Of a DNA stretch of 27,981 nucleotides, positions 1 through 8,329 are shown in pieces; within the stretch, counting starts at the first letter, position 1; the number at the start of each line of letters is the position of its first letter. The position numbers and the translations under genes are program-made. The DNA is from Chloroflexota bacterium. Lineage in GTDB: Bacteria > Chloroflexota > Anaerolineae > UBA7937 > JACPPX01. The stretch spans positions 1 to 27,981 of the forward strand of contig JACPPX010000118.1 of assembly GCA_016190785.1 (NCBI GenBank). The letters are read 5' to 3'. The notes beneath the pieces are model-generated. The model was not told where the DNA came from and did no database searches. It saw only the letters and a list, made by a program, of their open reading frames with translations.

Positions 1-647
1 AAGGTGAGGTGGTGAGGGGTGGGGAATTTTGGAGCCTGACCAAACCCTCCGTGCTGTTCATCAAAACTGGAGGCGAGTTGGGAATATGCCTTTTTCTGCA
101 CGCCTTCCTCCAATTCCTCCCCTCCCATTTCCTGTAGCGGCTCTTGGAGGTTGGCCGAGATTTGCTGAGCACTTTCCTCGATTTCTTCCCGACGCGTATC
201 CCAAAGATTTTTGACTCGGGCGCACAATTCCAGCATCCCTATTCTTCCGAAGCGGCTCTCCCGCGGCAGGTAAGTGGCGGCGAAAAAGGGGCGTTTATCG
301 GGGGTCATCACAATATTGAGCGGCCAACCTCCGCCCCCGGTCAACATCTGAGAAACAGCCATATAAGTGTTGTCAATGTCCGGCCGCTCTTCGCGATCCA
401 CTTTTATGGAAACAAAAGTATCATTCATCGCCTGAGCAACTTCTGGATCTTCAAACGATTCCTTTTCCATCACATGGCACCAATGGCAGGTAGAGTAGCC
501 AACAGACAAGAAGATTGGCTTGTCTTCCCGCCTGGCCTTCTCAAAAGCCTGTTCTCCCCAGGGGTACCAATCCACCGGGTTGTGGGCATGCTGGAGAAGG
601 TAGGGGCTTTTCTCAAATATCAGCCGGTTTTGGTATTCCTGACCCAT
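1..647 (-). CDS. Thioredoxin domain-containing protein, YyaL/SPATA20 (DUF255) family; 3' end lies outside the window
   Basis: Manual minus-strand translation from ATG at 647: [67 protein letters not shown]...[12 protein letters not shown]...[10 protein letters not shown]. The frame is open to the window edge. Absent from the ORF track because it has no stop here. Confidence 0.95.
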   Translation of the reverse strand, partial: MGQEYQNRLIFEKSPYLLQHAHNPVDWYPWGEQAFEKARREDKPIFLSVGYSTCHWCHVMEKESFEDPEVAQAMNDTFVSIKVDREERPDIDNTYMAVSQMLTGGGGWPLNIVMTPDKRPFFAATYLPRESRFGRIGMLELCARVKNLWDTRREEIEESAQQISANLQEPLQEMGGEELEEGVQKKAYSQLASSFDEQHGGFGQAPKFPTPHHLT

Positions 648-715
648 CTCTACTGAATACTCCCCTGCTTATGTGATACCACTTTGGAGTTCCCGATTCA
701 AGTGTCCTAAGGCTT

Positions 716-1507
716 TTAAGGGAGAGGACCGGGACCCAAGAACAGATACTTCAAAACGGAGAGCACTCCCAGTTCTAAAATGCTAAACAGCAGTCCCCCA
801 CTTACCGGAACCAGAAAATCCGTCCATGATTCGGCATTCCCCACTCGCTTCCAGAAGGCAATAAGGGCTAAGGAATTGAACAGGGAGAGGAAAGCCAATA
901 CCCCGAAGACGCTCGCCAGGGCCACCGGATAGAAGAAAAGGTCAATTCCACCGAGTATAGCCAGCATTATCGACCCCGGCAGGACCCATGATCCGACCAG
1001 CTCCCCAATGTTTTGCGGCACCGCGGCCGGGGATGGCTCCTTCCAGAAGGTGGCGGAGAAAGCCGGCCAGGTAAGGAAGGCCATAGCCAATCCTGCCAAA
1101 AATCCGCTGATCAAGCGCAACCAATTCTGGGGCAGATATAGATATGGCAAGCCGAAATCATAGAGTGTGGCATTTACCCCATCTCCGCCCATAAGGACAA
1201 TAAATCCCAACAGCAAAACGAATATCTCTCGTCGGGGGAAACGGGAGGCCCTGCTGCGGCCAAGAAAGAAAATGTAGAGCAGAGTCAATAAAAAGCCGGC
1301 AAAGATGCCAGTCATTCGCGCTTCCAAGGGTAATTGGTTCCCCGCCAAGAAATAAGAGTGACTGGCCCGCTGCGGGCAGATGCCATAGGCGATAGCCCAC
1401 AATTTGCCCTCTGGGGGCCAAGGAGCGAGAAAGTAAGCCACTCCCCCTAAGAGAAGCAGCCCCAACAGGGCTGCCTCTTTTCTTTCTAGACGCCTAGCCA
1501 TAGCCAC
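716..1507 (-). CDS. DUF2085-family integral membrane protein
   Basis: GICPQRASHSY...QLPLEARMTGIFAG resembles the DUF2085 core; several hydrophobic helices; later MGGDG and LRLISG motifs. Start may be GTG 1507 or ATG 1501. Confidence 0.75.
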   Translation of the reverse strand: MAMARRLERKEAALLGLLLLGGVAYFLAPWPPEGKLWAIAYGICPQRASHSYFLAGNQLPLEARMTGIFAGFLLTLLYIFFLGRSRASRFPRREIFVLLLGFIVLMGGDGVNATLYDFGLPYLYLPQNWLRLISGFLAGLAMAFLTWPAFSATFWKEPSPAAVPQNIGELVGSWVLPGSIMLAILGGIDLFFYPVALASVFGVLAFLSLFNSLALIAFWKRVGNAESWTDFLVPVSGGLLFSILELGVLSVLKYLFLGPGPLP

Positions 1508-1518
1508 CGACCAAAGGA

Positions 1519-2121
1519 CTACCCTGGAGTATCCTCCGGACCCTGATCCCGGAAGCGGGCGATGAAACTCCGGATCCGCGCTTCATCGTAGTCATCGAAT
1601 TTATCGATCCACCCCCAGGCGGTAAGGGCAATAGTAGTATCCAGCTCTGGCCGGGGGACAACGATCAATTTCCAGGCGCCCTCAGCGTTAAAAATATCCG
1701 TTAATTTCTGCCGGAGGTCTTGGCATTCACTCTCGCTGAGGCTAGCACAGTTGTAGGAGATGATGACATATCCATGTTCCAGGCTGTGAATCAAATTCCC
1801 ATCCGGCACCGGCTCCGCATATACCCCGGGCTCTGCCGGCAGTGAATAATGCCAGCCGGAGGTAGGAGGGTTAGAGTTGTATTCATAGAGCGGTGCAGAT
1901 CCCGGCGAAACATGCTCCCAACCCAGGATAGGCACTTCCTGCGGCCCACCGGTAGGGCTAGCATCTGCCGGTAGGGTCGGTTTTGCAAATTGGCCATAGG
2001 CCCACCAACCCACAAGGAACAACACCAGGATCCCTCCACCGATGGCCAATAGGCGGTTGCGTTGCTGCTCCTGGGCGCGGCGCCTGGCTCGCTCCTCGCG
2101 TCGAGATATTTTGCGAGCCAT
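1519..2121 (-). CDS. DUF3105-family membrane-anchored protein
   Basis: Basic N-terminus plus one TM helix, then YNSNPPTSGWHY, HSLEHGYVIISY and IALTAWG motifs. The ATG directly abuts the lgt stop (TAG-ATG). Confidence 0.85.
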   Translation of the reverse strand: MARKISRREERARRRAQEQQRNRLLAIGGGILVLFLVGWWAYGQFAKPTLPADASPTGGPQEVPILGWEHVSPGSAPLYEYNSNPPTSGWHYSLPAEPGVYAEPVPDGNLIHSLEHGYVIISYNCASLSESECQDLRQKLTDIFNAEGAWKLIVVPRPELDTTIALTAWGWIDKFDDYDEARIRSFIARFRDQGPEDTPG

Positions 2122-3066
2122 CTAACTCGCTCCTGTGGCCGCGATTTCTGGTCGGCGACGATGACGCAGGAAGAGCAGAGTCCCGCCGAATGCCAACAAC
2201 CCCAGGCCAATGATCTGGGCGGTGGGAATCCCCCCCACCAGCCAAGCATCGGGCCTCTGGAATTCCACCAGGAAGCGGCCAAATCCGTAGAGCATCGCCC
2301 AGAGGAGAAATAGATCCCCTTTCATCAGCCGGCCTTCGTATCGCCGCCAGATATAAGACAGAAGAAAAAACCCTCCCAGATTCCACAGCGACTCATAAAG
2401 AAAGGTGGGGTGAAACCGGGTTGTTTCCGGATACTGGTCGATAGAAAACTGCGGGAGCCGATTATCGGCGCTGATCTGAATCCCCCAGGGCATCGTGGCC
2501 GGGTAACCATAGAGCTCCTGGTTGAAGAAGTTCCCCCAACGGCCGATAGCCTGCCCCAGAAACATGCTCGGAGCTACAAAATCCAGCCACTTGGCCAGAT
2601 GCAATTTATAGACCCGGGCATAGAGCCAAGCCCCCAGGAAACCTCCGGCAACTGCTCCATAAATCCCTAGCCCGCCTTGCCAAACATATAAAATCTCCGC
2701 CGGGTGCTGCCGATAATAATCCCAGCCTATGTTCGTCCCTTGAGGACTGGAAAAGATGTGATAAAGCCGGGCCCCGATAAGCCCCAATCCGGCTACCACT
2801 AGGATAGCGTTCCAGATGTGGTCCGGGTTCTCGCCGTTACGGCGGGCTTCGCGGGCGGCATGGTAAGCCCCGACCAATATACCGGTAACCATGAGCACCC
2901 CATACCAATATATGGTCAGAGGACCCAGCCGCACAAAAACTGAATCCGGCAAAGTGTCCGGAGCAAGAAAAGCCCCTAGCAAAACTCCCAAAACTAAGAG
3001 GGTCACATACCAATAGGTAAATAGTGGCCCCTCGCGCTGAAAAATGCCGTCTCGCAAAAAGTTCAT
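2122..3066 (-). CDS. lgt: Prolipoprotein diacylglyceryl transferase
   Basis: Signatures GGLGIYGA, IGRWGNFFNQELYG and HPTFLYES; SD AGAAAGGA before the ATG. Confidence 0.96.
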   Translation of the reverse strand: MNFLRDGIFQREGPLFTYWYVTLLVLGVLLGAFLAPDTLPDSVFVRLGPLTIYWYGVLMVTGILVGAYHAAREARRNGENPDHIWNAILVVAGLGLIGARLYHIFSSPQGTNIGWDYYRQHPAEILYVWQGGLGIYGAVAGGFLGAWLYARVYKLHLAKWLDFVAPSMFLGQAIGRWGNFFNQELYGYPATMPWGIQISADNRLPQFSIDQYPETTRFHPTFLYESLWNLGGFFLLSYIWRRYEGRLMKGDLFLLWAMLYGFGRFLVEFQRPDAWLVGGIPTAQIIGLGLLAFGGTLLFLRHRRRPEIAATGAS

Positions 3067-3095
3067 AGCCTGTCCTTTCTTAGTAATATGCCCTT

Positions 3096-3124
3096 ATTAT
3101 AGAAGGAGCCGCTCGGCCAGTCAA
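3096..3124 (-). promoter_or_regulatory. sigma70-type promoter of the lgt operon
   Basis: Minus strand TTGACT (3124-3119), 17 bp, TATAAT (3101-3096). Confidence 0.8.
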
Positions 3125-3130
3125 CCCCGC

Positions 3131-3181
3131 TTGCTTTTACCTTGCCCTAATCTATGCTAGAATTTTGTAATCTTGATTACC
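3131..3181 (+). promoter_or_regulatory. Candidate promoter TTGCTT-N16-TATGCT followed by palindrome GTAATC-TT-GATTAC (3167-3180)
   Basis: Read directly from the sequence; the palindrome overlaps the predicted transcription start of the thioredoxin-like/Crp unit. Confidence 0.5.
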
Positions 3182-3234
3182 ATTTATTTGGGTGAGAAGG
3201 CTTACTATCTATAAATATTGAGGAGTTCTCAAGG

Positions 3235-3504
3235 GTGAGCACAAAATTACAAATTGTGGTTGAGCCTCGCTGTGCCTTTTGTCCCCAAGCTATAACCTTG
3301 GGCCAGCAGGCCAAAAGCCATTTTCCGGACCTGGAGGTAGAGATATTGGATCTGGCTCAACAAGGAACCCAGCGCCCAGAACAAGTCGTAGCCGTACCCA
3401 CTTTCCTTCTCAACGGTGAGGTAATCTCCTTGGGCAACCCCTCTGCACTGCGTCTCTTCCAGAAAATCGAGGAAAAAATGATGAACACCGGTTTTCAAGC
3501 CTAA
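3235..3504 (+). CDS. Small thioredoxin/glutaredoxin-fold protein (CAFC)
   Basis: EPRCAFCPQA CxxC and VVAVPTFLLNG cis-Pro motif; SD GAGGAG before the GTG start. Confidence 0.8.
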   Translation: MSTKLQIVVEPRCAFCPQAITLGQQAKSHFPDLEVEILDLAQQGTQRPEQVVAVPTFLLNGEVISLGNPSALRLFQKIEEKMMNTGFQA

Positions 3505-3519
3505 TTCGGGGATGATCTA

Positions 3520-4215
3520 ATGCCCTTAAAATTAACCCGGGAACAAGCATTAAAAAACAAAATAGCTTATCTCCTGGAGGCCGAGATCTTCCAAGACCTC
3601 ACTCCCCAGGACCTCTCAGAGATGGATCGCACTCTCACTCTAGCCACCACCCTCACGGGTAAGATTTTCTACTCTCCTGAGGAAACGGGAGAGGTACTTT
3701 TTATCCTCAAGAAAGGACGGGTGCAAATCTATCGCATCTCCCCTGAGGGGAAGAAACTGGTTCTGGACACCTTCGGCCCAGGGAGCATATTTGGGGAGAT
3801 GTCCCTCATCGGCCAGGGGATGCACGACTCCTTCGCCGAGGCGGTAGAGGATTGCGTGATCTGCGTGATTAGCCGCGATGAACTGGAGCGGCTGCTCCTC
3901 AAGAAACCCCAGATTTCCCTCCGCTTTCTAGAGGTTTTAGGACAGCGGCTCTCCGAAGCGGAACGTCGCTTAGAGGATCTAGCCTTCAAAAGCGTCCCCG
4001 CCCGACTGGCCTCTCTCCTTCTTCGTTTGGGGCAGGAGCAGGGTGCTACGATCAGCGGATTCACTCACCAAGACCTAGCGGAAATGGTGGGGACCTACCG
4101 CGAGACGACCACCGCTACCTTAAACCAATTTCGTTCCCAGGGCTTGCTCAGTATTGGCCGGAAGAAGATCGAGATTCTGAATTGGGATGGGCTGCAGGAG
4201 GTAGCCGGAGAATAA
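3520..4215 (+). CDS. Crp/Fnr-family transcriptional regulator
   Basis: cNMP-binding-fold motifs ([22 protein letters not shown]) and Crp-type HTH ([17 protein letters not shown]). Confidence 0.93.
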   Translation: MPLKLTREQALKNKIAYLLEAEIFQDLTPQDLSEMDRTLTLATTLTGKIFYSPEETGEVLFILKKGRVQIYRISPEGKKLVLDTFGPGSIFGEMSLIGQGMHDSFAEAVEDCVICVISRDELERLLLKKPQISLRFLEVLGQRLSEAERRLEDLAFKSVPARLASLLLRLGQEQGATISGFTHQDLAEMVGTYRETTTATLNQFRSQGLLSIGRKKIEILNWDGLQEVAGE

Positions 4216-4244
4216 AAGGCCACCTCGCAGTGGCCTTCTCTTTC
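4216..4244 (+). terminator. Intrinsic terminator after the Crp gene
   Basis: AAGGCCAC-ctcgca-GTGGCCTT followed by a pyrimidine-rich tail. Confidence 0.6.
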
Positions 4245-4261
4245 TCCCCCAACCGTAAATA

Positions 4262-4639
4262 TTATTTTCGTTTTTCAACCTTGGCTTCGGCGATGGCTGG
4301 CTGATTTTCCATAATTACTTCCCCGGCGAAGACCCCTCCCTCGTCCACGACAAAGGAGTCCACCGTAATATCTCCCATTACCTGCCCGCCAGAGAGGATT
4401 TCCAAGCGGCCAAGAGCATTGATATTCCCTTTAACCGCCCCGGCCACCGAAACGTTATTGCCCTTTATCTCCGCTTCAACCTTCGCCGCCTCTCCGATGA
4501 TGACATTTCCCTGGCTCTCCACCCTACCGACAAACACCCCATCAATGCGCACCCCGCCCTCACAGATAAGGTCCCCCTTGAGGCTGGCGGTGGGGCCGAT
4601 GACATTTTCGATTTTATCCTTGGCTTGATCTGCAGCCAC
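4262..4639 (-). CDS. Bactofilin (polymer-forming cytoskeletal protein)
   Basis: Beta-helix repeats VIGPTASLKGDL, VRIDGVFVGRV, VIIGEAAKVEAEI, VSVAGAVKGNI, VDEGGVFAGEV. Start reassigned to GTG 4639 (SD AAGGAGG); the track start at 4696 coincides with the -35 box. Confidence 0.9.
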   Translation of the reverse strand: MAADQAKDKIENVIGPTASLKGDLICEGGVRIDGVFVGRVESQGNVIIGEAAKVEAEIKGNNVSVAGAVKGNINALGRLEILSGGQVMGDITVDSFVVDEGGVFAGEVIMENQPAIAEAKVEKRK

Positions 4640-4667
4640 TTTTATCCTCCTTACGCGATTGGCTTTA

Positions 4668-4696
4668 ATACTAACGGGGAGAGTGCCGATTGTCAA
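4668..4696 (-). promoter_or_regulatory. sigma70-type promoter of the bactofilin gene
   Basis: Minus strand TTGACA (4696-4691), 17 bp, TAGTAT (4673-4668). Confidence 0.75.
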
Positions 4697-4759
4697 ACCA
4701 GCAGAGAACAGTATATCAGCCTCTAAGTTGTGTGCTAATATCCTGTCGAGAATGATAAG

Positions 4760-5353
4760 ATGAAATTGCTTCTCATTGCCACCCGTAACCCCGGCAAATT
4801 CCGAGAATACCAGGAACTCCTGGCCAGCCTCGACCTAACCCTGACCTCACTGGATAGAGAAAAGATATACCTGGAAGTGGAAGAGGTGGGAAGGAATTAC
4901 AGTGAGAATGCAGCGCTAAAGTCACGGGCCTATGCTCGGCTTTCGGGGATTCTAACCGTGGCCGATGATTCCGGGCTGGAGGTGGACGCCCTGGGTGGTG
5001 AACCGGGCGTCTATTCCTCCCGCTATGCAGAAAATGACGCGGAGCGGATAGAGCGGCTTCTAAGCCGAATGCGGGACCTTCCCTGGGAGAGCCGTGCTGC
5101 CCGCTTCCGCTGTGTCATTGCCCTCGCCACTCCCCAGGGACAGACTTGGACCGCCGAGGGAACCTGTGAGGGTTTTATCGCTCTGGCACCATCCGGAGAG
5201 CAAGGCTTTGGATACGACCCTGTTTTCTATCTGTCAGAGCAAAAGAAAACGATGGCCGAACTGCCACTGGAAGTCAAGAACCAGATCAGCCACCGCGCCC
5301 GCGCTGCTCAGGCCATCCACCCTGTCTTGGTGCAACTGGCCCGAGGCCGATAA
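4760..5353 (+). CDS. rdgB: Non-canonical purine NTP pyrophosphatase (HAM1 family)
   Basis: ATRNPGK, ADDSGLEVDALGGEPGVYSSRYA, FGYDPVF and KNQISHRARA motifs. Confidence 0.96.
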   Translation: MKLLLIATRNPGKFREYQELLASLDLTLTSLDREKIYLEVEEVGRNYSENAALKSRAYARLSGILTVADDSGLEVDALGGEPGVYSSRYAENDAERIERLLSRMRDLPWESRAARFRCVIALATPQGQTWTAEGTCEGFIALAPSGEQGFGYDPVFYLSEQKKTMAELPLEVKNQISHRARAAQAIHPVLVQLARGR

Positions 5354-5408
5354 AGATGTTAGCGTCGGGCTGAAGCCACACGCAAGAGCAGTAACCGGAA
5401 AGGTGACG

Positions 5409-6176
5409 CTAATAGAGTACTGAGTCCAAAAAGCTCTGCATTGCCTCGGTCACTTCCTGTGGCTTTTCCAGCATCACCATATGCCCCGCCCCGGGAACGA
5501 CAACCACCCGAGCGCCAGGGATATGATCCCGCAAGTACTGGGCATAATTAGGCGGGGTCAAGCGATCCTCATCGCCGCAGATTACCAGAGTCGGCACCCC
5601 AATCTCCCCTAACCGCTGCATTACATCAAAGCGATCGCATGCCGAAAAGTCATCGAAAAGCACCTCGGGTTGACTGGCCCGCAACTCTGCCTCACCCTGG
5701 TGCAAGGTTTCCTTCTCCGCTCCTGATCCGTAGAACCAAGTGACCAGACTGCTGATCGTATCCTCCACATTTTCCTGCAAGCCGTGGAGAAATTCGGGGC
5801 GAACCCGTAGCCGAGCCCCGGTGCCGACCAGAATTAGCCCGATTATTTGCGGACCTTGACGCAGGGCCAATTCCAGGGCTATAGCCCCGCCCATAGAATG
5901 GCCGACGATTATTGCTTTCTCGATGCCCAAAGCACCCAAAAACTCCAGAACGAAATCAGCATATGAGGTGATGGATTCCCGGCCCGCGCTTCCTGATCTC
6001 CCATGCCCGGGCAGGTCCAGGGCAATAGCTCGAAAGTTTTGCAAGCCATTCACCTGGAGCAGCCAAATCCGATGGGTTCCTCCCGCCCCGTGGAGCATTA
6101 TCAGCGTTTGCTGCTCGTCACCATGGGATTGCTCAACATAGAATACCGGTTGGCCTTTGACATTTATGGTGGGCAT
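5409..6176 (-). CDS. Alpha/beta hydrolase
   Basis: LHGAGG, DLPGHG, GHSMGG nucleophile elbow; Asp in GDEDRLTP and His in AGHMV complete the triad. Confidence 0.92.
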   Translation of the reverse strand: MPTINVKGQPVFYVEQSHGDEQQTLIMLHGAGGTHRIWLLQVNGLQNFRAIALDLPGHGRSGSAGRESITSYADFVLEFLGALGIEKAIIVGHSMGGAIALELALRQGPQIIGLILVGTGARLRVRPEFLHGLQENVEDTISSLVTWFYGSGAEKETLHQGEAELRASQPEVLFDDFSACDRFDVMQRLGEIGVPTLVICGDEDRLTPPNYAQYLRDHIPGARVVVVPGAGHMVMLEKPQEVTEAMQSFLDSVLY

Positions 6177-6253
6177 GTTAAGCTATTGACTCCATATTGA
6201 AACTAGAACTCACTAAGAGCTTGCCGTAAGTAAAATGCGCATTCATCACCCAC

Positions 6254-6287
6254 AAAAAGGGCGAGCAGATCAGAGCTCGCCCTTTTT
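6254..6287 (-). terminator. Intrinsic terminator after trxB (symmetric)
   Basis: Perfect 13-bp inverted repeat AAAAAGGGCGAGC-agatcaga-GCTCGCCCTTTTT. Confidence 0.85.
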
Positions 6288-6302
6288 CCAAAAAAACAGG
6301 GG

Positions 6303-7232
6303 CTATGCTTTGCGGTCGCCGAGAGAGGCCAGGTATTTTTCTGCCTCCATCGCCGCCATACACCCGAAACCGGCGGAGGTCACAATCTGACGGAAGATGT
6401 GATCCGAGACTTCTCCCGCGGCAAAAACCCCGGGTATATTGGTGTGCATCCGCTGGTCAGTGACAAGATAGCCCATTTCGTCCATCTTCAACTGGTCGAC
6501 AAAGAGCTGTGTATTGGGGGTGTGGCCAATGTAGACAAAGACCCCTTCCGTGGCCAGGGTTGCTGCTTTGCCGTTTTTCACATTCTCAGTCTCTACTGCC
6601 TGGACTGTCCCATCGCCGGAGATCTTGCGCACCAGCGTATCCCAGATAAACTCGATCTTGGGGTTGTTGAAAGCCCGCTGCTGAAGGATGGGATCCGCCC
6701 GCAACTCATCGCGACGATGGATTATCCTCACCTTATTAGCAAAACGGGTCAAGAATAACCCCTCTTCAACAGCAGAGTCTCCCCCACCCACCACTACTAC
6801 ATCTTTCTCCCGGAAAAAGAAGCCATCGCAAGTCGCACAATAAGAAACTCCCTTACCGGTAAACTCCTTCTCCCCTGGAACTTCCAATGCCCGGGGAGTG
6901 GCCCCGGTGGCGATAATCACTGCCCGGGCTTGGTACTCCTTGGCATCGGTCTTAATCGTAAATGGTTCAGTATTGAGGTCCACGGCGGTGACCTGCTCGA
7001 AGGCCATCTCCGTGCCAAACCGTTCCGCCTGCTTCTGCATCAACTCCACCAGTTGCGGGCCGGTGAGGGTTTCCGGAAACCCGGGATAGTTCTCCACTTC
7101 ATAGGTAAGGGAGATCTGTCCCCCCACCACATAACCAGTGATCAGCAGCGGATTGAGGTTGGCCCGGGCGGCGTAGATGGCGGCGGTCAATCCCGCCGGT
7201 CCAGAGCCGATGATCAATAATTGCCGTTCCAT
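6303..7232 (-). CDS. trxB: Thioredoxin-disulfide reductase
   Basis: [36 protein letters not shown] and GVFAAG motifs; SD AAGGAGG. Confidence 0.97.
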   Translation of the reverse strand: MERQLLIIGSGPAGLTAAIYAARANLNPLLITGYVVGGQISLTYEVENYPGFPETLTGPQLVELMQKQAERFGTEMAFEQVTAVDLNTEPFTIKTDAKEYQARAVIIATGATPRALEVPGEKEFTGKGVSYCATCDGFFFREKDVVVVGGGDSAVEEGLFLTRFANKVRIIHRRDELRADPILQQRAFNNPKIEFIWDTLVRKISGDGTVQAVETENVKNGKAATLATEGVFVYIGHTPNTQLFVDQLKMDEMGYLVTDQRMHTNIPGVFAAGEVSDHIFRQIVTSAGFGCMAAMEAEKYLASLGDRKA

Positions 7233-7429
7233 TAAATCCTCCTTAGAAAGAAGACAACGGACTCCGAATTAGTTTACTTATTGCCAAAAGTATTATAAAT
7301 CTTTTGGGCAAGGAATGCGCCGATATGTGCGCACATTTCTGACCTTCGAACCAGAGGAGGATTATATCTATTTCCTGCAACTTGGCTAGCGGGATCCCCG
7401 GGAGAAGGATATAATGCCCGACCACAAGA

Positions 7430-8182
7430 GTGAATACCGATCTGGATCGTGCTGCCCAGCGCGGCCTCCCCAGTTACCTCTGGCGTTTCGGCCAAGAGCG
7501 CCGCTTAAACCTCATCACCCGCTACGCTCCCTTGGCCGGCCAGACTGTCCTCGATGTGGGATGTGGGATTGGCACCTATCTACTTAGGATGCGGGAATTT
7601 ACCCCTCACCTTTTTGGCATTGACCTAGAAAGGGGGCAGCTGCTCCAGGGCAAGGCTTCTGGCCTGGCCAACCTAGCCTGTGCCCGCGCTGAGGCCCTCC
7701 CCTTTCCCGACGCATCCTTTGGCTTAGTCCTCCTCCATGAAGTTTTAGAACATGTCGATGATGATCGGCTCACCCTAAATGAGGCTCGCCGCCTGACCAG
7801 ATCCGGGGGCAAGATCGTGATCTTTGCCCCCAACCGTTTTTTCCCTTTCGAGACCCATGGCATATTTTGGCGAGGGAAATACCGTTTTGGAAATTTCCCA
7901 CTTGTAGGGTTTCTTCCCGATTCCTTGCGTCGCCGCTTGACTCCCCATGTGCGGGCCTACACTTCCCGTGATCTCCGCAACCTCTTAGAAGGATTAGAGG
8001 TGAGGATCATAACCCACACCCAGATTTTCCCCGGCTATGACCACATTGCCTCCCGCTTTCCGATGGTGGCCAAGATGCTGCGTGGGATCACCTATTTTCT
8101 GGAAAAAACTCCCCTGCGCATACTCGGTCTCTCTCATTTTCTGGTCCTGGAAAAACTGCCAAAGGATAGAACCATTTGCTGA
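7430..8182 (+). CDS. Class I SAM-dependent methyltransferase
   Basis: VLDVGCGIG motif I and EALPFPDASFGLVLLHEVLEHV; TATAAT at 7410-7415. Confidence 0.9.
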   Translation: MNTDLDRAAQRGLPSYLWRFGQERRLNLITRYAPLAGQTVLDVGCGIGTYLLRMREFTPHLFGIDLERGQLLQGKASGLANLACARAEALPFPDASFGLVLLHEVLEHVDDDRLTLNEARRLTRSGGKIVIFAPNRFFPFETHGIFWRGKYRFGNFPLVGFLPDSLRRRLTPHVRAYTSRDLRNLLEGLEVRIITHTQIFPGYDHIASRFPMVAKMLRGITYFLEKTPLRILGLSHFLVLEKLPKDRTIC

Positions 8183-8329
8183 AGCATATCTCCTTCGTAT
8201 GGCCCAGACTGTTTTGTTCCTTACATTCCGATTAGCCGGCCATAAGTAGCGAGAACAAGATGCTTCCTCTGCAATTTGCTCTTTGAGTGGTGAGGGGTTA
8301 ATATTTGAACATTCTGGCTGAAATGTAGT

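Noticed and set aside
144-656. 170-aa plus-strand ORF in the track
   Set aside because: Antisense shadow of the YyaL-like gene, which has clear family motifs on the minus strand.
5367-5404. Hammerhead ribozyme or SRP-like RNA in the rdgB/hydrolase gap
   Set aside because: CTGAAGC does not fit CUGANGA, and the SRP helix-8 motif is absent.
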